Virus record (IMG/VR): IMGVR_UViG_3300029305_003510
Coordinates: 128,001 to 192,000 of that record
Length of the DNA: 64,000 nt
Reading direction: 5' to 3' (one strand)
Source of the DNA: a virus
Taxonomy: Duplodnaviria; Caudoviricetes
Shown: in pieces, positions 20,939 to 30,123 of the stretch
Numbering within the stretch: position 1 is the stretch's first letter
Layout of the letters: each line of letters begins with the position of its first letter
Notes under the pieces: model-generated
The model's input: only the letters and a program-made list of their open reading frames with translations
What the model was told of the DNA's origin: nothing
Databases searched by the model: none
Made by a program: the position numbers and the translations under genes

Positions 20939-23374
20939 ATGAGTAAGAAAAAAGGTAAGAAGAGCAGTTCCACTTCCAAGCAGAGTGAGCAGAACCTTGA
21001 GCTCCTGCAGACTCTCGTTGGCCGTAATGCGGACTATGACGATCAGGATGGTTTTCAGACTCTAGCTCCCACCCCTGAGGGCCAGAAGAAGCTGGATGAG
21101 ATCCGTCTCCGTCGGTCCAAGAAGTCGGGCAATGTGGATAAGCCTGCTCCGGTGGAAGCTCGTCCTTACGAGGACTACAATCCCAACAAGGCTGGCAGTA
21201 TGCTGAACAATGTCATCGATAAGATCAAGGACGGCAAGTTCGGCAAAGCCTTGGAGATCCGTGATAAGAGCAAGCTGGAAGCTTTGATCGATGCGTTCAT
21301 GAACATGGATCAGGATCTTCCCAATGCTTCTAAGGTCAACACAGAAATTCGCAAATTGATCCAGATCGGCAAGAGCTTCTATGAATACGATGGCAAGCAG
21401 AGAGAGTTCATTGACAATAATACCTATGATGGACTCATTGCTCGTTATCGCGGCTTTGGTTTCGAGGAGCCTACCGGTATTGTTCCCAGTGATGCAAAGA
21501 AGACCGGCATCAAGTATCGGACTCTCCATAATAACATGGACAAGGCGTATGCTCTGCGCATTGGAGATCCGGTGCCTGATGGTGTTAAAGAGTCTGACAA
21601 GATTGAGGCCTTCCTCACTCGAGTCTATAAGGCTCTGGGCATCAGTTCTGAGGTGGCAATCGAGTTGGAGCTGTCTCCTAAGATCGATGGTGTAAGTGTC
21701 AACGGTACTATCGTCGGTGACGGTCTGACTGATCCTCAGACTCGCGGTGATGAGGATGAGTCCGTCAAGATCCCTGGTATGGACGGACTTGAGGTTGGCG
21801 AGGGTGTTACTGAAGATACCTTCGGTATCCAGTATGAAGTCTTTGTGACCTACGAGGATGCCCGGAAGGCTTCCGAGTATCTGAAGATGGCTGCACCTTA
21901 TGTCAGCCCTCGTCATGCCGCATCTGGTATTGTCAACCGTCTTTGCTCTGGTGAAAACGATGAGCTTCTGCAGTTCCTGAGCCTGTATCCCATTGAGGCT
22001 GAAGGTCTGGACGGAACCTACAAGGAGAGAATGGACTATCTGTCTAACTTTGCTGTGGTTCCCAAGGATATGATTGATCGCAAGATCATCAAGGGTAATC
22101 TCAAGGAGCTGCTGGATAAGATCGAGAAGACCTTCGAGAAGTATAATAATAAGCGTGAGGATCTGGACTATGCGATTGACGGTATGGTCATCACTGTGAC
22201 TGATGATGACTACCAGAAGACCATCGGCCGTGAAGGTCGTACAAACCTGTATCAGATCGCTCTGAAGTTCGATCCCGCAACTGCCATCGGTGAGGTCAAG
22301 GGTATTCATCTGGACACTGGCAAGAAAGGTTTCCGCACTATCCAGGTTGATCTGAAACATCCTGTGTTCCTGGATGGTGTAAAGTATGACCATGTGCCGG
22401 TTCTGTCTGCTGGGCTGTTTGATGATATGGGTCTGCGTGTTGGATCCGAAGTTAAGGTCCATCGTGTGGGTGATGTTATCCCCAGCATCACTGTTACTAA
22501 GCACGGTGATGGTAAGGCGCTTAAGATGCCCAAAACCTGCCCCGATTGTGGCGAGAAGCTGGATATCAAGAACAAGAAGCTCTTCTGTGGTAACTCCGCA
22601 TGTAAGGGTAACTTGGCCGGTAAGCTAGTTGGATTCATGGCGGGTATCGGTTTGGAGGGTTACAGCGATGCATTTGCTGAGATGATCATTCAGACGTTTA
22701 ATGGTTCTAACGAGGAGCTTGAAGTTCAGGTCCGTTCTATTGGGGATCTGTTCAAGCTTACTCCTGGAATCTTCAAGAGCGCTGGTATCACTACGAAAGA
22801 TGCTCGCGAATTCCAGAACCGGTTGATCGCCGCGGTAGAGACTGCGCCTGACTACACCTTGTTAGGTAATATCGGAATCCCCGATCTGGGTCCTGCTCGC
22901 GCCAAGCTTCTGTTGAAGCAGTTTAACGGTTGGGATAAATTCCGTAATGGGATGAAAAATGGGACTTTTATTCATCGTTGCCTGAATGCTCTTGGTGCTG
23001 CCACTGGTAAGAAGGTCGCCACCTATATTTGCGACCGTAAGAACGGTGATAGCGTCAAGTATGATCTGGATGCTATCAGCAAGCATATGAAGAATATTAC
23101 TGAATCCTTCGAGAGCCTGTTGAAAGTCGGTCATACTGGATATACTCCCAGCGATAAGGTAAAAGCAATCTGCAAGGAGCAGAAGTTCGAAATCGTTGAT
23201 GGGAAGTCCTTTGATATTCTAATCACTGGATCTCTCGGTTCTACGACCGATAAGATGGAGAAGGCACGTAAGAACAATCTGCCTATCTTCACCGAGCAGA
23301 TGTTCCTGGCACAGTATGATCCCGATTATGAGTATCCTGAAGAGGATGATCATGACGAGGACGATGAAGACTGA
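20939..23374 (+). CDS. ligA: NAD-dependent DNA ligase
   Basis: PKIDG adenylation motif, TRGD, IDGMV, IALKF, RVGDVIP, CPDC..C...C Zn finger, HhH and BRCT-like C-terminus; ~130-aa N-terminal extension. Confidence 0.93.
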   Translation: MSKKKGKKSSSTSKQSEQNLELLQTLVGRNADYDDQDGFQTLAPTPEGQKKLDEIRLRRSKKSGNVDKPAPVEARPYEDYNPNKAGSMLNNVIDKIKDGKFGKALEIRDKSKLEALIDAFMNMDQDLPNASKVNTEIRKLIQIGKSFYEYDGKQREFIDNNTYDGLIARYRGFGFEEPTGIVPSDAKKTGIKYRTLHNNMDKAYALRIGDPVPDGVKESDKIEAFLTRVYKALGISSEVAIELELSPKIDGVSVNGTIVGDGLTDPQTRGDEDESVKIPGMDGLEVGEGVTEDTFGIQYEVFVTYEDARKASEYLKMAAPYVSPRHAASGIVNRLCSGENDELLQFLSLYPIEAEGLDGTYKERMDYLSNFAVVPKDMIDRKIIKGNLKELLDKIEKTFEKYNNKREDLDYAIDGMVITVTDDDYQKTIGREGRTNLYQIALKFDPATAIGEVKGIHLDTGKKGFRTIQVDLKHPVFLDGVKYDHVPVLSAGLFDDMGLRVGSEVKVHRVGDVIPSITVTKHGDGKALKMPKTCPDCGEKLDIKNKKLFCGNSACKGNLAGKLVGFMAGIGLEGYSDAFAEMIIQTFNGSNEELEVQVRSIGDLFKLTPGIFKSAGITTKDAREFQNRLIAAVETAPDYTLLGNIGIPDLGPARAKLLLKQFNGWDKFRNGMKNGTFIHRCLNALGAATGKKVATYICDRKNGDSVKYDLDAISKHMKNITESFESLLKVGHTGYTPSDKVKAICKEQKFEIVDGKSFDILITGSLGSTTDKMEKARKNNLPIFTEQMFLAQYDPDYEYPEEDDHDEDDED

Positions 23375-23429
23375 AACAAACAAGAAAGAACTATGAAAAG
23401 TTGCCGAATCGGCTCCGAGTAAATGTTAA

Positions 23430-23469
23430 GTCTTGTGTGAAGTTATTCTTAAATGATTTCACACAAGAC
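23430..23469 (+). terminator. Long hairpin, probable ligase terminator overlapping a late promoter
   Basis: GTCTTGTGTGAA...TTCACACAAGAC 12-bp perfect stem, extendable. Confidence 0.65.
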
Positions 23470-23477
23470 ACTTTAAT

Positions 23478-23825
23478 ACAAAGAGCCTGATCGAGTGGAA
23501 TCATTCGTATCGGCGGCGAAAGGTCGCCTGACCGCAGTCCCTGACGAGGGGTTGTGGAAGGGAAGATCGAGTCGTGGTTTCTACTTGCTGTGTTCAGTCG
23601 GTAGGAGTCGGCTAGCGGGCGTGGAAGAGAGATTCGTGCATCCACCCGTGTGGGACGAGTAAATGCTGGATGTCAGTGATGTCTGGTATAAGAAAAGTAT
23701 CGAACGACGTGGTTTATCCATGCCTCTATTAGAACTGTGCTTCTCCCCGTTAGCTCATTCATCAATCCAATTATAAGTTTCCAACAGAGTCGCATATCTT
23801 TAATTGGGTATGCGGCTCTTACTTT
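23478..23825 (+). ncRNA. Candidate structured non-coding RNA of unknown family
   Basis: No convincing ORF; late-type promoter GACA-CTTTAA-TA at 23467-23478; many helices with G-U pairs; terminator-like hairpin 23786-23825. Confidence 0.6.
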
Positions 23826-23911
23826 AATTGAACCGCCCTGTCATTCCGCAGGGCGCGTCAAGTTAGCCTGAAGAACAGAATCTTCAGTGATTATAAATTG
23901 ACGTGACAAAT

Positions 23912-23923
23912 AACACAACAATA
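23912..23923 (+). promoter_or_regulatory. Late-type promoter
   Basis: AACA-CAACAA-TA upstream of the HU-like gene. Confidence 0.6.
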
Positions 23924-24017
23924 GGAATCACATGTATTTGGTAGATGCCGTGGAAATGCTACCGCGGTTCTATATAAAAAATCTAATCTCTCTGTATTAC
24001 GAAGGAGGAAATTTGTC

Positions 24018-24674
24018 ATGTCTAGTATCAGTATCGCAACCTGGATGGCCCTGGAGAAGCCTAGCTTTGAAAATTTCAATGAGTTCATCGCCATCCGACT
24101 CGAGGACGGTATCACCCGTTCCATCGCCGAAAAAATGAAGAATGACATCGCCTCTAAGGGTGAGTCCACACTGACTCTGCCCTGGGGCACTTACCATGCT
24201 GAGGTAAAGGCTGCCGGTGAAGGCGGCAATATCACTCCCTCTTGGGAACCCAGCAAGGCTTTCCTGAAGATGCTCAATGATGATGGTGCAAGCCGTGAGC
24301 GTCGTCAGGATACTTTTGATGCTGAGTATGTTCAGCTGCTCAAGGACTATGTCGCATATGGTTACTTCTATCCTGAAGAGGTTAAGGATGCTCCTGCTAA
24401 GGATAAGGGTCTGCGCATGAGTGATGATGAAGTCGATTACTTCCTGAACAATTATGCACAGGTTCTGGCCACCATCGCCCGTGATAAGCAGCGCTCTGGT
24501 AAGACCTATCGTCTTGAGATCGACGAAGGATTCCCTCATGGCTCCTTTGATTTTGAGTACAGTGATGACGATATCAAGGTTAAGTTCGTTGCTCATAAGG
24601 TCTTCAAGCAGTATCTGAAGGATGACGACGTGGCCACCAAGGCTCGCGACGCTGACTTTAGCGAGAACGACTAA
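24018..24674 (+). CDS. Tandem HU/IHF-like protein (acidic, arms truncated)
   Basis: Two segments resembling the HU core: GESTLTLPWGTY...PSWEPSKAFLKMLN and GFPHGSF...KVKFVAHKVFKQYLKD; strong RBS and high-expression codon bias. Confidence 0.55.
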   Translation: MSSISIATWMALEKPSFENFNEFIAIRLEDGITRSIAEKMKNDIASKGESTLTLPWGTYHAEVKAAGEGGNITPSWEPSKAFLKMLNDDGASRERRQDTFDAEYVQLLKDYVAYGYFYPEEVKDAPAKDKGLRMSDDEVDYFLNNYAQVLATIARDKQRSGKTYRLEIDEGFPHGSFDFEYSDDDIKVKFVAHKVFKQYLKDDDVATKARDADFSEND

Positions 24675-24720
24675 GTACCCATCTGCGGGTTCTGTCAATC
24701 TGATCCTGATAGAACCGACG

Positions 24721-24765
24721 ACGGTCTCGGTGGGTTACTTTCGTAACCCACCGGGCCGTTCTTTT
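24721..24765 (+). terminator. Intrinsic terminator
   Basis: CGGTGGGTTAC-TTTC-GTAACCCACCG stem plus T tract. Confidence 0.8.
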
Positions 24766-24824
24766 AACTCAATAGCGAAATACATACTATATGTATGAAG
24801 TAATGCAAAGGAGGTATTACGCAT

Positions 24825-25664
24825 ATGGATAATTTGAGTTATATCCCTGCGGCGTTCGAAAAGAAACATACACACACTATTGAAATGCCAGTGCTGAATC
24901 TGGAAGTATCACGACTTCGCCCGGAGATCGTGATCACTCGCACAAAAGATGATCCGGGTGCTATTCATATGGGTATTCAGACGAAGGGTGGCACTGCAGC
25001 CATCCTCAGATATGCCTACTCAGAGCCTGCAACTAAGAAGAAAGTCAAAGCAGGTCAGTCTCTGTATCGAATCAAAACCAAGTACAATGTAGCGAATCTG
25101 ATCGTTGGTAGTTTCAGCGGTCCTCTTGAGGATGATAAGAATAAGCTTCTGGAACTGCTGCTGGCGATTGTATCCACAAATGAACAGGTACCTTGTAGCT
25201 ATGATCGAGATGGTTTTATTCGTTTGGTCCGTCGATATCACAGTGGCAGGTCTGGTGAGCAATATGGTGATGTTGCACACAAGGAATCTTATCATCCGGA
25301 AATCAATATTGAGTGCTGTGGTATTCGTGATGAGAAAGATGAAATCGTAGTGGCTCTTGTAAATGCAATCTGTATGTGGGGTAACAAAGTGGATGTTCAC
25401 TATAACACCTATGGTCCCCATATGTATTATGCGAATAACAAGGTCAACAACATGGTTCTTCGTAATCATACTATCATTGATGCAATGGATGAGATGAATG
25501 AGGCTGGACTGAGTGATAACTCTATCAATCTCTTTATCTCGAGATTCTCGTCTATGTTTGAGCTTGTGGAAGACATGCCTGTATATCATTCTAATCCTCG
25601 GAGACGTACTGGATCACCCCCGCCTGATGGCTACTATTATCGGAGTCCTGATTATGATTTCTAA
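24825..25664 (+). CDS. Hypothetical protein
   Basis: 279 aa, AGGAGG RBS, early-like TACATACTATA at 24781. Confidence 0.75.
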   Translation: MDNLSYIPAAFEKKHTHTIEMPVLNLEVSRLRPEIVITRTKDDPGAIHMGIQTKGGTAAILRYAYSEPATKKKVKAGQSLYRIKTKYNVANLIVGSFSGPLEDDKNKLLELLLAIVSTNEQVPCSYDRDGFIRLVRRYHSGRSGEQYGDVAHKESYHPEINIECCGIRDEKDEIVVALVNAICMWGNKVDVHYNTYGPHMYYANNKVNNMVLRNHTIIDAMDEMNEAGLSDNSINLFISRFSSMFELVEDMPVYHSNPRRRTGSPPPDGYYYRSPDYDF

Positions 25665-25700
25665 ATAGTTTGCCATTATACAGAGACGGGAGCTCAAGTT

Positions 25701-27551
25701 ATGAATGAATTTATTGCTGCATATTGTCACCGAAATGATGAACGTATCAACCGTGATATGTTCGAGCGTAAATACGATAAGCCTCTCGTTGAGTATATTG
25801 TAGATACGTGTAAGAATCTGGAAGTTATCCCTGGTTTGACTTTGGAAAGCTGGGAATTGGTAACTGACCAGACAAAAATTCGCAGCGCTATTGATAAAAG
25901 GCATGCGAAAGATCCTAAGATCAAGAATAATCGCACTCTGGAGCGTCTGGCTCAACCGAACCGGACGCTCTATGATATGCTCTATCTGAACTTCCGTATC
26001 CAGGCAAAAGGAAAGGATGTGCAGGTTCAGAGAAAGGTTCGAATCTTAAAGCCCGTTCGTGGTGGGTGTTATATCCGTAATGGTAAGAAGGTTCGTATCC
26101 TGAATCAGGTCGTAGATAATTCCACTTTCGTAAAAGCGGATGTTCTCAATTTTAAGACCAAGCTTTATCCCATTAAACTTGCAACTGTAAAGTCCAAGCT
26201 AAAGTTTACCGATGGAGAGACGGCCACTTGTGCATGTTTCAGACTCGATCTTCTCTCCAAGGTAACAAATCCCCTGATCTACTATTTGGCTCAGTATGGT
26301 CTGACAGGAACTTTGGAAATGTTCAGTCTGGAAACTGTAATGTCAGTAGTAGATAATCCTCTTGATGAGGAGCACTATATGTACCTCCGACTGCCTAATA
26401 ACGTATATTTGGAGGTACACGAGAAAGCCTTTTATGCGCATGAGTTCATTGCAGCTTTTACTGCAACACTTCATGATGTATTGAAGGGTGACGGTGAGAT
26501 GACCTTTAAGGATGTCTATGATCAGGAATACTGGATGGGTCGTCTTTCTGAGATTTTCTCAAAGAAACGCTATGCAAGCAAAGCTTTACGTGTGTTAGTG
26601 TCTTTCAATAAAATTATGGATGTTGGTGTGAAGAAGCAGCTTGTTATTCGAAAACACCATAAGAAAGATACCTTCACTATCATTCGATGGATGATGACGA
26701 ACTATGGAGATCTGCTCAAGAAAGACTCTCATGATCTTCGATATAAGAGAGTCCGTGCCAATGAAACTCTGGCATATTTCTTCGATAAGCATGTAAGTAA
26801 AAATGTCTACAGTTTATTGAACACCGACAATCCTCCATTCGAAAAGTATATTCGGCTGTTGAACTCGATCAACGAGTATACACTGCTGAAAGGTGCTAGC
26901 GGTGGAGGAAAGAATAGTTCAACGAGTATGTTCCGCTATGAACGATATAATGACTTTGACGCAATCGAGATCTCCCGTTATACTTTGAAAGGTCCTACTG
27001 GTTTGAATGGTGGCAAAAAGGGTATCTCCATGAAATATCGAGATATTTATCCTAGCCATCTTGGTCGGTATGATCTAAATGTTTGCTCGAGTTCCGATCC
27101 CGGTCTAACTGGATATCTCTGTGCAAACGTGCAGTTGGATTCTAGTGGATATTTTGACGTGAAGGATAGTGAGCCGGATAACTATGATCCGGTGATCGAT
27201 GTCATGTTGATGAAATTCGCTGATCCTGACTATGCAGCAAAAAGACGGGATTATATTCAGACCCAGTTGTCTCGTGATGCGGATGGGTTTGTTCGTCTTA
27301 AGCGAAGAAAGACTTCTCGTGAACTTCAGAAGATGTTCCTGGAAGAGCCTGAGAGATATGGTATGTATCGGACCAATGATGGTCTGCGATTAATTCCTAA
27401 GATGGGGGCTGTTGATGCAAAGGGTTTCAAGACTCTTATCCGTCGGCGTACACCTAAGGAAGAGGCTGCAGATATCAGAGATGCACAAGGCTTCATGGTT
27501 CTTAAACCTGTAATCACTAAACTTGACCAGCGGAAAGCTACTAAGAAATAA
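25701..27551 (+). CDS. RNA polymerase beta subunit N-terminal half (non-virion RNAP)
   Basis: G.YIRNGKKVRILNQ and RDIYPSHLGRYDL...SSSDPGLTG match RpoB G.F..NG...V...Q and RDVHPSHYGR...GL. Confidence 0.88.
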   Translation: MNEFIAAYCHRNDERINRDMFERKYDKPLVEYIVDTCKNLEVIPGLTLESWELVTDQTKIRSAIDKRHAKDPKIKNNRTLERLAQPNRTLYDMLYLNFRIQAKGKDVQVQRKVRILKPVRGGCYIRNGKKVRILNQVVDNSTFVKADVLNFKTKLYPIKLATVKSKLKFTDGETATCACFRLDLLSKVTNPLIYYLAQYGLTGTLEMFSLETVMSVVDNPLDEEHYMYLRLPNNVYLEVHEKAFYAHEFIAAFTATLHDVLKGDGEMTFKDVYDQEYWMGRLSEIFSKKRYASKALRVLVSFNKIMDVGVKKQLVIRKHHKKDTFTIIRWMMTNYGDLLKKDSHDLRYKRVRANETLAYFFDKHVSKNVYSLLNTDNPPFEKYIRLLNSINEYTLLKGASGGGKNSSTSMFRYERYNDFDAIEISRYTLKGPTGLNGGKKGISMKYRDIYPSHLGRYDLNVCSSSDPGLTGYLCANVQLDSSGYFDVKDSEPDNYDPVIDVMLMKFADPDYAAKRRDYIQTQLSRDADGFVRLKRRKTSRELQKMFLEEPERYGMYRTNDGLRLIPKMGAVDAKGFKTLIRRRTPKEEAADIRDAQGFMVLKPVITKLDQRKATKK

Positions 27552-27560
27552 TTGAAAAAC

Positions 27561-27597
27561 AAAGACGCCCCGGGATAATCCCGGGGTGTTCTTTTTG
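27561..27597. terminator. Bidirectional terminator (palindromic repeat copy 1)
   Basis: AAAGACGCCCCGGGATAATCCCGGGGTGTTCTTTTT between convergent genes. Confidence 0.8.
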
Positions 27598-28374
27598 TCA
27601 CAGAATTTGGAAATAACATGGACCAGTACGATCAGGAAGAGTTTTTGTTTGCAGCTCTCTGATGTAATCTTCACGGTCTTTTGCTGCGGACTCCCAGTCA
27701 GATACACGAAGGCTCAGATTACCGGTAGGTGTAACAACATCTTCCATAAATTTCAGCTCATTCCAGAGTTTAATTTTTATATCAAACTGTGCTAAAGTGA
27801 GCAAGATCTCTCTGTACTCTTCAGGGATAGACACTATATTTGGCCAAGGCACTTTGAGGTTCAGTTCTACAATTCCACTATATGTATAATTACGGAGATA
27901 TAGAGTTCGTGGCCCTCTTAGTTCTTTATAAGCTTTATACGGAACGGCAGAATCGATCAAAGTTCTATTGTAAGTATACTCAGAGCCCATCAGAACGCCT
28001 TCAAGTGTCAAATTATGACGAGAAGCTATGATACTCGAGTAGTAGGCCGAAGATTCGGGATCAAAAGGATCTACGGCATTAACTGAGTTTGGTGTAATCT
28101 TATCAACACCAAGAACTGGAAGTTTAAATTTATCCAGTATCGGATCGTTAATGTAATACTCTACACCTAAAGTATGATGATCTTTTCGAACAATGTTAGC
28201 ATCATCTTCAAGATCCAAATATGTCATATAATGTGCAGGGATAAGATTACTGAAAGTAACAAGGGTGCTACGATCGATCAGTTTCACAAGATCTGTGAAT
28301 CTATTTTCAAGACCGAGAATATCTAATCCCATCATATCTTCAAACAACGTCCGAAAGAAATTATTGACGTTCAC
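27598..28374 (-). CDS. Probable virion neck/head-completion protein
   Basis: GTG start with AGGAGG RBS; late-type promoter at 28395-28406; C-terminal LA..DIK..LW...K pattern reminiscent of neck proteins (weak). Confidence 0.5.
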   Translation of the reverse strand: MNVNNFFRTLFEDMMGLDILGLENRFTDLVKLIDRSTLVTFSNLIPAHYMTYLDLEDDANIVRKDHHTLGVEYYINDPILDKFKLPVLGVDKITPNSVNAVDPFDPESSAYYSSIIASRHNLTLEGVLMGSEYTYNRTLIDSAVPYKAYKELRGPRTLYLRNYTYSGIVELNLKVPWPNIVSIPEEYREILLTLAQFDIKIKLWNELKFMEDVVTPTGNLSLRVSDWESAAKDREDYIRELQTKTLPDRTGPCYFQIL

Positions 28375-28410
28375 AATAACACCTCCTATTGATTTATAAG
28401 GTTGTTCCAG

Positions 28411-28447
28411 ATTTCCGATTTGGTGAGTAGTTAAGATATATATTATA
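28411..28447 (+). promoter_or_regulatory. Bipartite early-type promoter
   Basis: ATTTCCGATTT-N15-TATATATTATA. Confidence 0.8.
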
Positions 28448-28492
28448 TCTATAGAAATAAGAAACCAATACAGAAAGAAAGGTTGGGACAAA

Positions 28493-29092
28493 ATGGCACA
28501 GATATCAATAGAAGAGCGTATTCAACGTACATATGAATATGTAATAAATAAACTTGATCTGCCAGAATGTATTGATCCGGAGGATATCCGTCAAGAGATC
28601 GCTGTCTTTATATTAGAACATCCAGAAACAGATCGGCGATGGTATAAGTTGCAATCAGTAGAACATATTAAAAACTGGTTAAAACGTGAGTATAATTATC
28701 ATGCATCACATATTCAAGTAGATGATATCGATGATGATATTTCATTTGCTGATTCATACATGATATCTAAAGATGAGGAGTATGAATATAATGAATTGCG
28801 AACCAGAATAGTGCGAGAAATAATAGATGACTGTCTCTTTACACTTACATCAAGAGAAAGCGCAGTCTTACGATTACACTATGGATATGATAATCATGAT
28901 CCTGTACCATTATATCAAGTTAGTAAGATGTTAGTAGACCAAAAATTGCAATCTCAGATACGCAGTGTCTCACTTATCAGCATAGTACATATAAAGGCCC
29001 TTGATAAATGTAGACACTATACTCGAGCAAAATATCTAAAACCGCTATATGGCTATTATGACGAAACGCCAATACAATTTTTCATCGTTTAG
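28493..29092 (+). CDS. Sigma-70-like protein (region 2-like and region 4), degenerate
   Basis: EDIRQEI; LTSRESAVLRLHYG...KALDKCRH..R.KYLK parallels RpoD region 4. Confidence 0.7.
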   Translation: MAQISIEERIQRTYEYVINKLDLPECIDPEDIRQEIAVFILEHPETDRRWYKLQSVEHIKNWLKREYNYHASHIQVDDIDDDISFADSYMISKDEEYEYNELRTRIVREIIDDCLFTLTSRESAVLRLHYGYDNHDPVPLYQVSKMLVDQKLQSQIRSVSLISIVHIKALDKCRHYTRAKYLKPLYGYYDETPIQFFIV

Positions 29093-29097
29093 AAAAG

Positions 29098-29136
29098 AAA
29101 GACACCCGGGAATAACTTCCCGGGTGTTCTTTTTTT
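29098..29136. terminator. Bidirectional terminator (palindromic repeat copy 2)
   Basis: AAAGACACCCGGGAATAACTTCCCGGGTGTTCTTTTTT. Confidence 0.8.
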
Positions 29137-30010
29137 ATTTCTGGAAGAGTCTGTAATACTCAGCACCGATCAGCTTATTCAGAGGCATGACAACAGTCTG
29201 CTTGGTATCACCAATTACTCGAGTAATCTTCAGAGCGTTTTCGCTGATAACCATGGAATCATAGTCCAGATTCAGACTATCACAAACCATAGAGATCTTT
29301 TCTTTACTCACAGACTCACTGAGCAGGAAATCTTTGAAACTGGGATCATTGGCAACATCCAGACGGACTGCGGACTCACTCATAGTATTACCGGAAGGCA
29401 CATTGAAGTTATTGAATTTCACAGAACCTTCTTTCATATAAGCTTCTTTATGAGAAGGACGGAATACGCAGTCAATATAGCACAGGGTATATCCTGGAAG
29501 AACTTTGCCGGATTTATCAACACCCCCGATAGCACGGCTGGATGCCATAGCAGGGACACCGCTGAGAATACGATCACGGACCATATCACCATAGCCACCG
29601 GCAGTGGTAGTACACTCACCGATAAGCAAATTACCTTCCATATGAGGCTTCTTTACGATCCAACAAACGGCAGGAGGCCAAAGAGTCATCTGACGAGCAA
29701 GCTCATTTTGACCCTTTTCAATTTGGGGATGACCGTATTCACCGCCCCAGGTACCCATTTTCAGATCATGCTGGATCAGGGGGTTGGTTTCGATAGAACG
29801 CATAATATCCTGGTCACCGTAGATACGACCATTCCAGTTACGAACATTGGCACTCTGAAGAACCTGTTGGAAAGTAAGAGTAAGAATTTTTCTACCGCCG
29901 TGTTCGACAACATTCTCACTCAAAATCTTATGATGTTTAGCATTCGTCTCCTCATCAACGAGAGTTTCGTTGAGGAGATAGTATTCGACTTTTTCATTAT
30001 TTACAAACAT
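29135..30010 (-). CDS. Prohead core protease (T4 gp21-like)
   Basis: NWNGRIY, GEYGHP (catalytic His), SSRAIG (catalytic Ser), D.V..PS. Confidence 0.85.
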   Translation of the reverse strand: MFVNNEKVEYYLLNETLVDEETNAKHHKILSENVVEHGGRKILTLTFQQVLQSANVRNWNGRIYGDQDIMRSIETNPLIQHDLKMGTWGGEYGHPQIEKGQNELARQMTLWPPAVCWIVKKPHMEGNLLIGECTTTAGGYGDMVRDRILSGVPAMASSRAIGGVDKSGKVLPGYTLCYIDCVFRPSHKEAYMKEGSVKFNNFNVPSGNTMSESAVRLDVANDPSFKDFLLSESVSKEKISMVCDSLNLDYDSMVISENALKITRVIGDTKQTVVMPLNKLIGAEYYRLFQK

Positions 30011-30039
30011 GGAAACTCTCCTCCTGAATTTTAGGATAG

Positions 30040-30089
30040 TATATTAGTGTTCAGGTCCATTAAAACAAGATTAGGAGGACATCACTATA
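30040..30089. promoter_or_regulatory. Divergent pair of late-type promoters
   Basis: Minus strand AACA-CTAATA-TA (30051-30040); plus strand GACA-TCACTA-TA (30078-30089). Confidence 0.7.
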
Positions 30090-30123
30090 AGACTTTTCAT
30101 AGATAGGAGGTGTCAAAACCGCA

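Noticed and set aside
23510-23560. Hammerhead ribozyme (GAAA and CTGACGA present)
   Set aside because: No U-H cleavage triplet after stem III, and stems I and II cannot form in the required topology.
23478-23825. RNase P RNA, tmRNA or group I/II intron identity for the ncRNA
   Set aside because: Only a vague echo of RNase P (AAGGGAAGATCGAG ... AGAACTGTGCTT) and P4 does not pair; no tRNA-like ends or CCA; no intron core motifs, and flanking genes are intact.
23391-24190. Short ORFs 23391-23645(-), 23891-24190(-), 23932-24138(+)
   Set aside because: No convincing RBS or phage codon usage; they overlap structured RNA or the HU-like gene.
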